DNA of 64,000 bases from Chlorokybus atmophyticus (lineage: Eukaryota > Plantae > Mesostigma and Chlorokybus algae), in NCBI GenBank assembly GCA_009103225.1, contig RHPI01001010.1, forward strand, positions 1 to 64,000, written 5' to 3'. The position numbers and the translations under genes were made by a program. Numbering within the stretch: position 1 is the first letter of the stretch; every line of letters begins with the position of its first letter. Below the pieces are notes generated by a model. It was given only the letters and a program-made list of their open reading frames with translations, was not told the origin of the DNA and did no database searches. Positions 62,922 through 64,000 of the stretch are shown here, piece after piece.

Positions 62922-64000
62922 GTCAGTGTTTGCACTGCAAGAAAATGCGTGGATGATTACAATGATGTCAGCCAGCGCGACTACCCGTGCGACTACTTAC
63001 GTATGTAAATGATCTATGCAGCGTGTTTTACTGTAGAATCTTACAGACGCCGTGCCATGGTTGATCAATGTCGATACACCATTCCTACATAGGAAGCACA
63101 TGCAACTCGCGCCATCCATTTCGTCCTGCACGCGAGTCGGCACGGCGACTCAAGTCGCGTCAGCTGCAGTTACACGCGTGCGTAACTTGTATTGTGATTT
63201 GCTACGGGCGACGCTGCTTGCGTCACTCGAAGTTACGCAAGACTTTCGATCCAAGGGAAAATCCGCTCCGGCGGTGACCGAAGGGCACCGGCGGGTGCGT
63301 TGGAAAGCTCTTGCCGCGACCTTTCCAACGATACATAAATATCCACATCGGATTACCATGTAAAAAAGCCCGATTACGGCCGGTAAGTACTCGTTCTTAG
63401 CGTGTCAAAGTTGCATGTGAGAGTGCACAATGCAAAGTGGCAGACGTGTAGAGCCTATCACATAAATGTACACGGCCCTGTGGGCAGGTATGATGACTGT
63501 GAAAATTGTTTGAGGGTCATGCATGTTAAGGTAGAGGTAGAAGTACCACATAGCCTGGCGATGATAAAGGTGGTGCGTTGTTGATGATTGCACGCTGCCA
63601 TTGTCGTGACTCTGACGGTGAATATGCACGCCATGCTAGCATGAGTAGCTGCCTACCCAATGCACACATGCGTGCAAAGCACACTTATGATCAATGCATT
63701 GGTCTTCCATACGTGTACACGTAACATGCATCTGTATCATTAGAATGCCTACATAAACAACCACCCAACTAACATGACTGTAACTTGGGTTGATGGGTTC
63801 GATATGAGTACACGTGCACACAATGTACACGATTCCCTTCTTCATTTGATGTACACAACACACCAAGCTCATCTCACGTGCGTAGCCTGCAGCCTACGAA
63901 CAGCCGTTATTTAACTATGTGCGTGTTGTTCTTGGCCTTTATGTTTAAGGCCCCTTTGGCCATTGGTTTTTTGTAATGTGTACATACAATGCGCGTGGCA

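Noticed and set aside
63400-63600. Helitron Rep-like words (HINV, HVKVEV)
   Set aside because: Too short, with no KY..KG or other supporting motif.

Overview
Eukaryotic genomic DNA, draft assembly with several N joins. It has GT-AG introns, long (CT)n/(TG)n microsatellites and a plant-type DAD1-like lipase gene, so a green alga, plausibly a charophyte, is inferred. The window is mostly nested transposons. (1) An 18,095-bp insertion (44458-62552) splits a pogo-like transposase gene in frame, with a 2-bp GT target duplication and short imperfect TIRs. It encodes an intron-containing Plavaka/CMC-type transposase, a Tudor-linked phage/actinobacterial-type C5 DNA methyltransferase (disrupted by a TRIM), and intronless virus/phage-like cargo (double LamG-type beta protein, clan-A glycoside hydrolase, membrane protein). 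A second, better-preserved partial copy lies at 464-6189. (2) A Ty3/Gypsy LTR element (9741-21084) has a DNMT3-like methyltransferase between protease and RT, a PHD finger at the integrase end and an apparent Tf1-style self-priming site; a solo LTR interrupts its integrase. (3) A CACTA-like element (21184-27712) has a 3-bp TSD, and its empty site is preserved nearby. Host genes are a class-3 lipase whose 3' half lies inverted between two N joins, and a Pro-rich two-domain protein. All family calls come from manual motif recognition; no database search was run.
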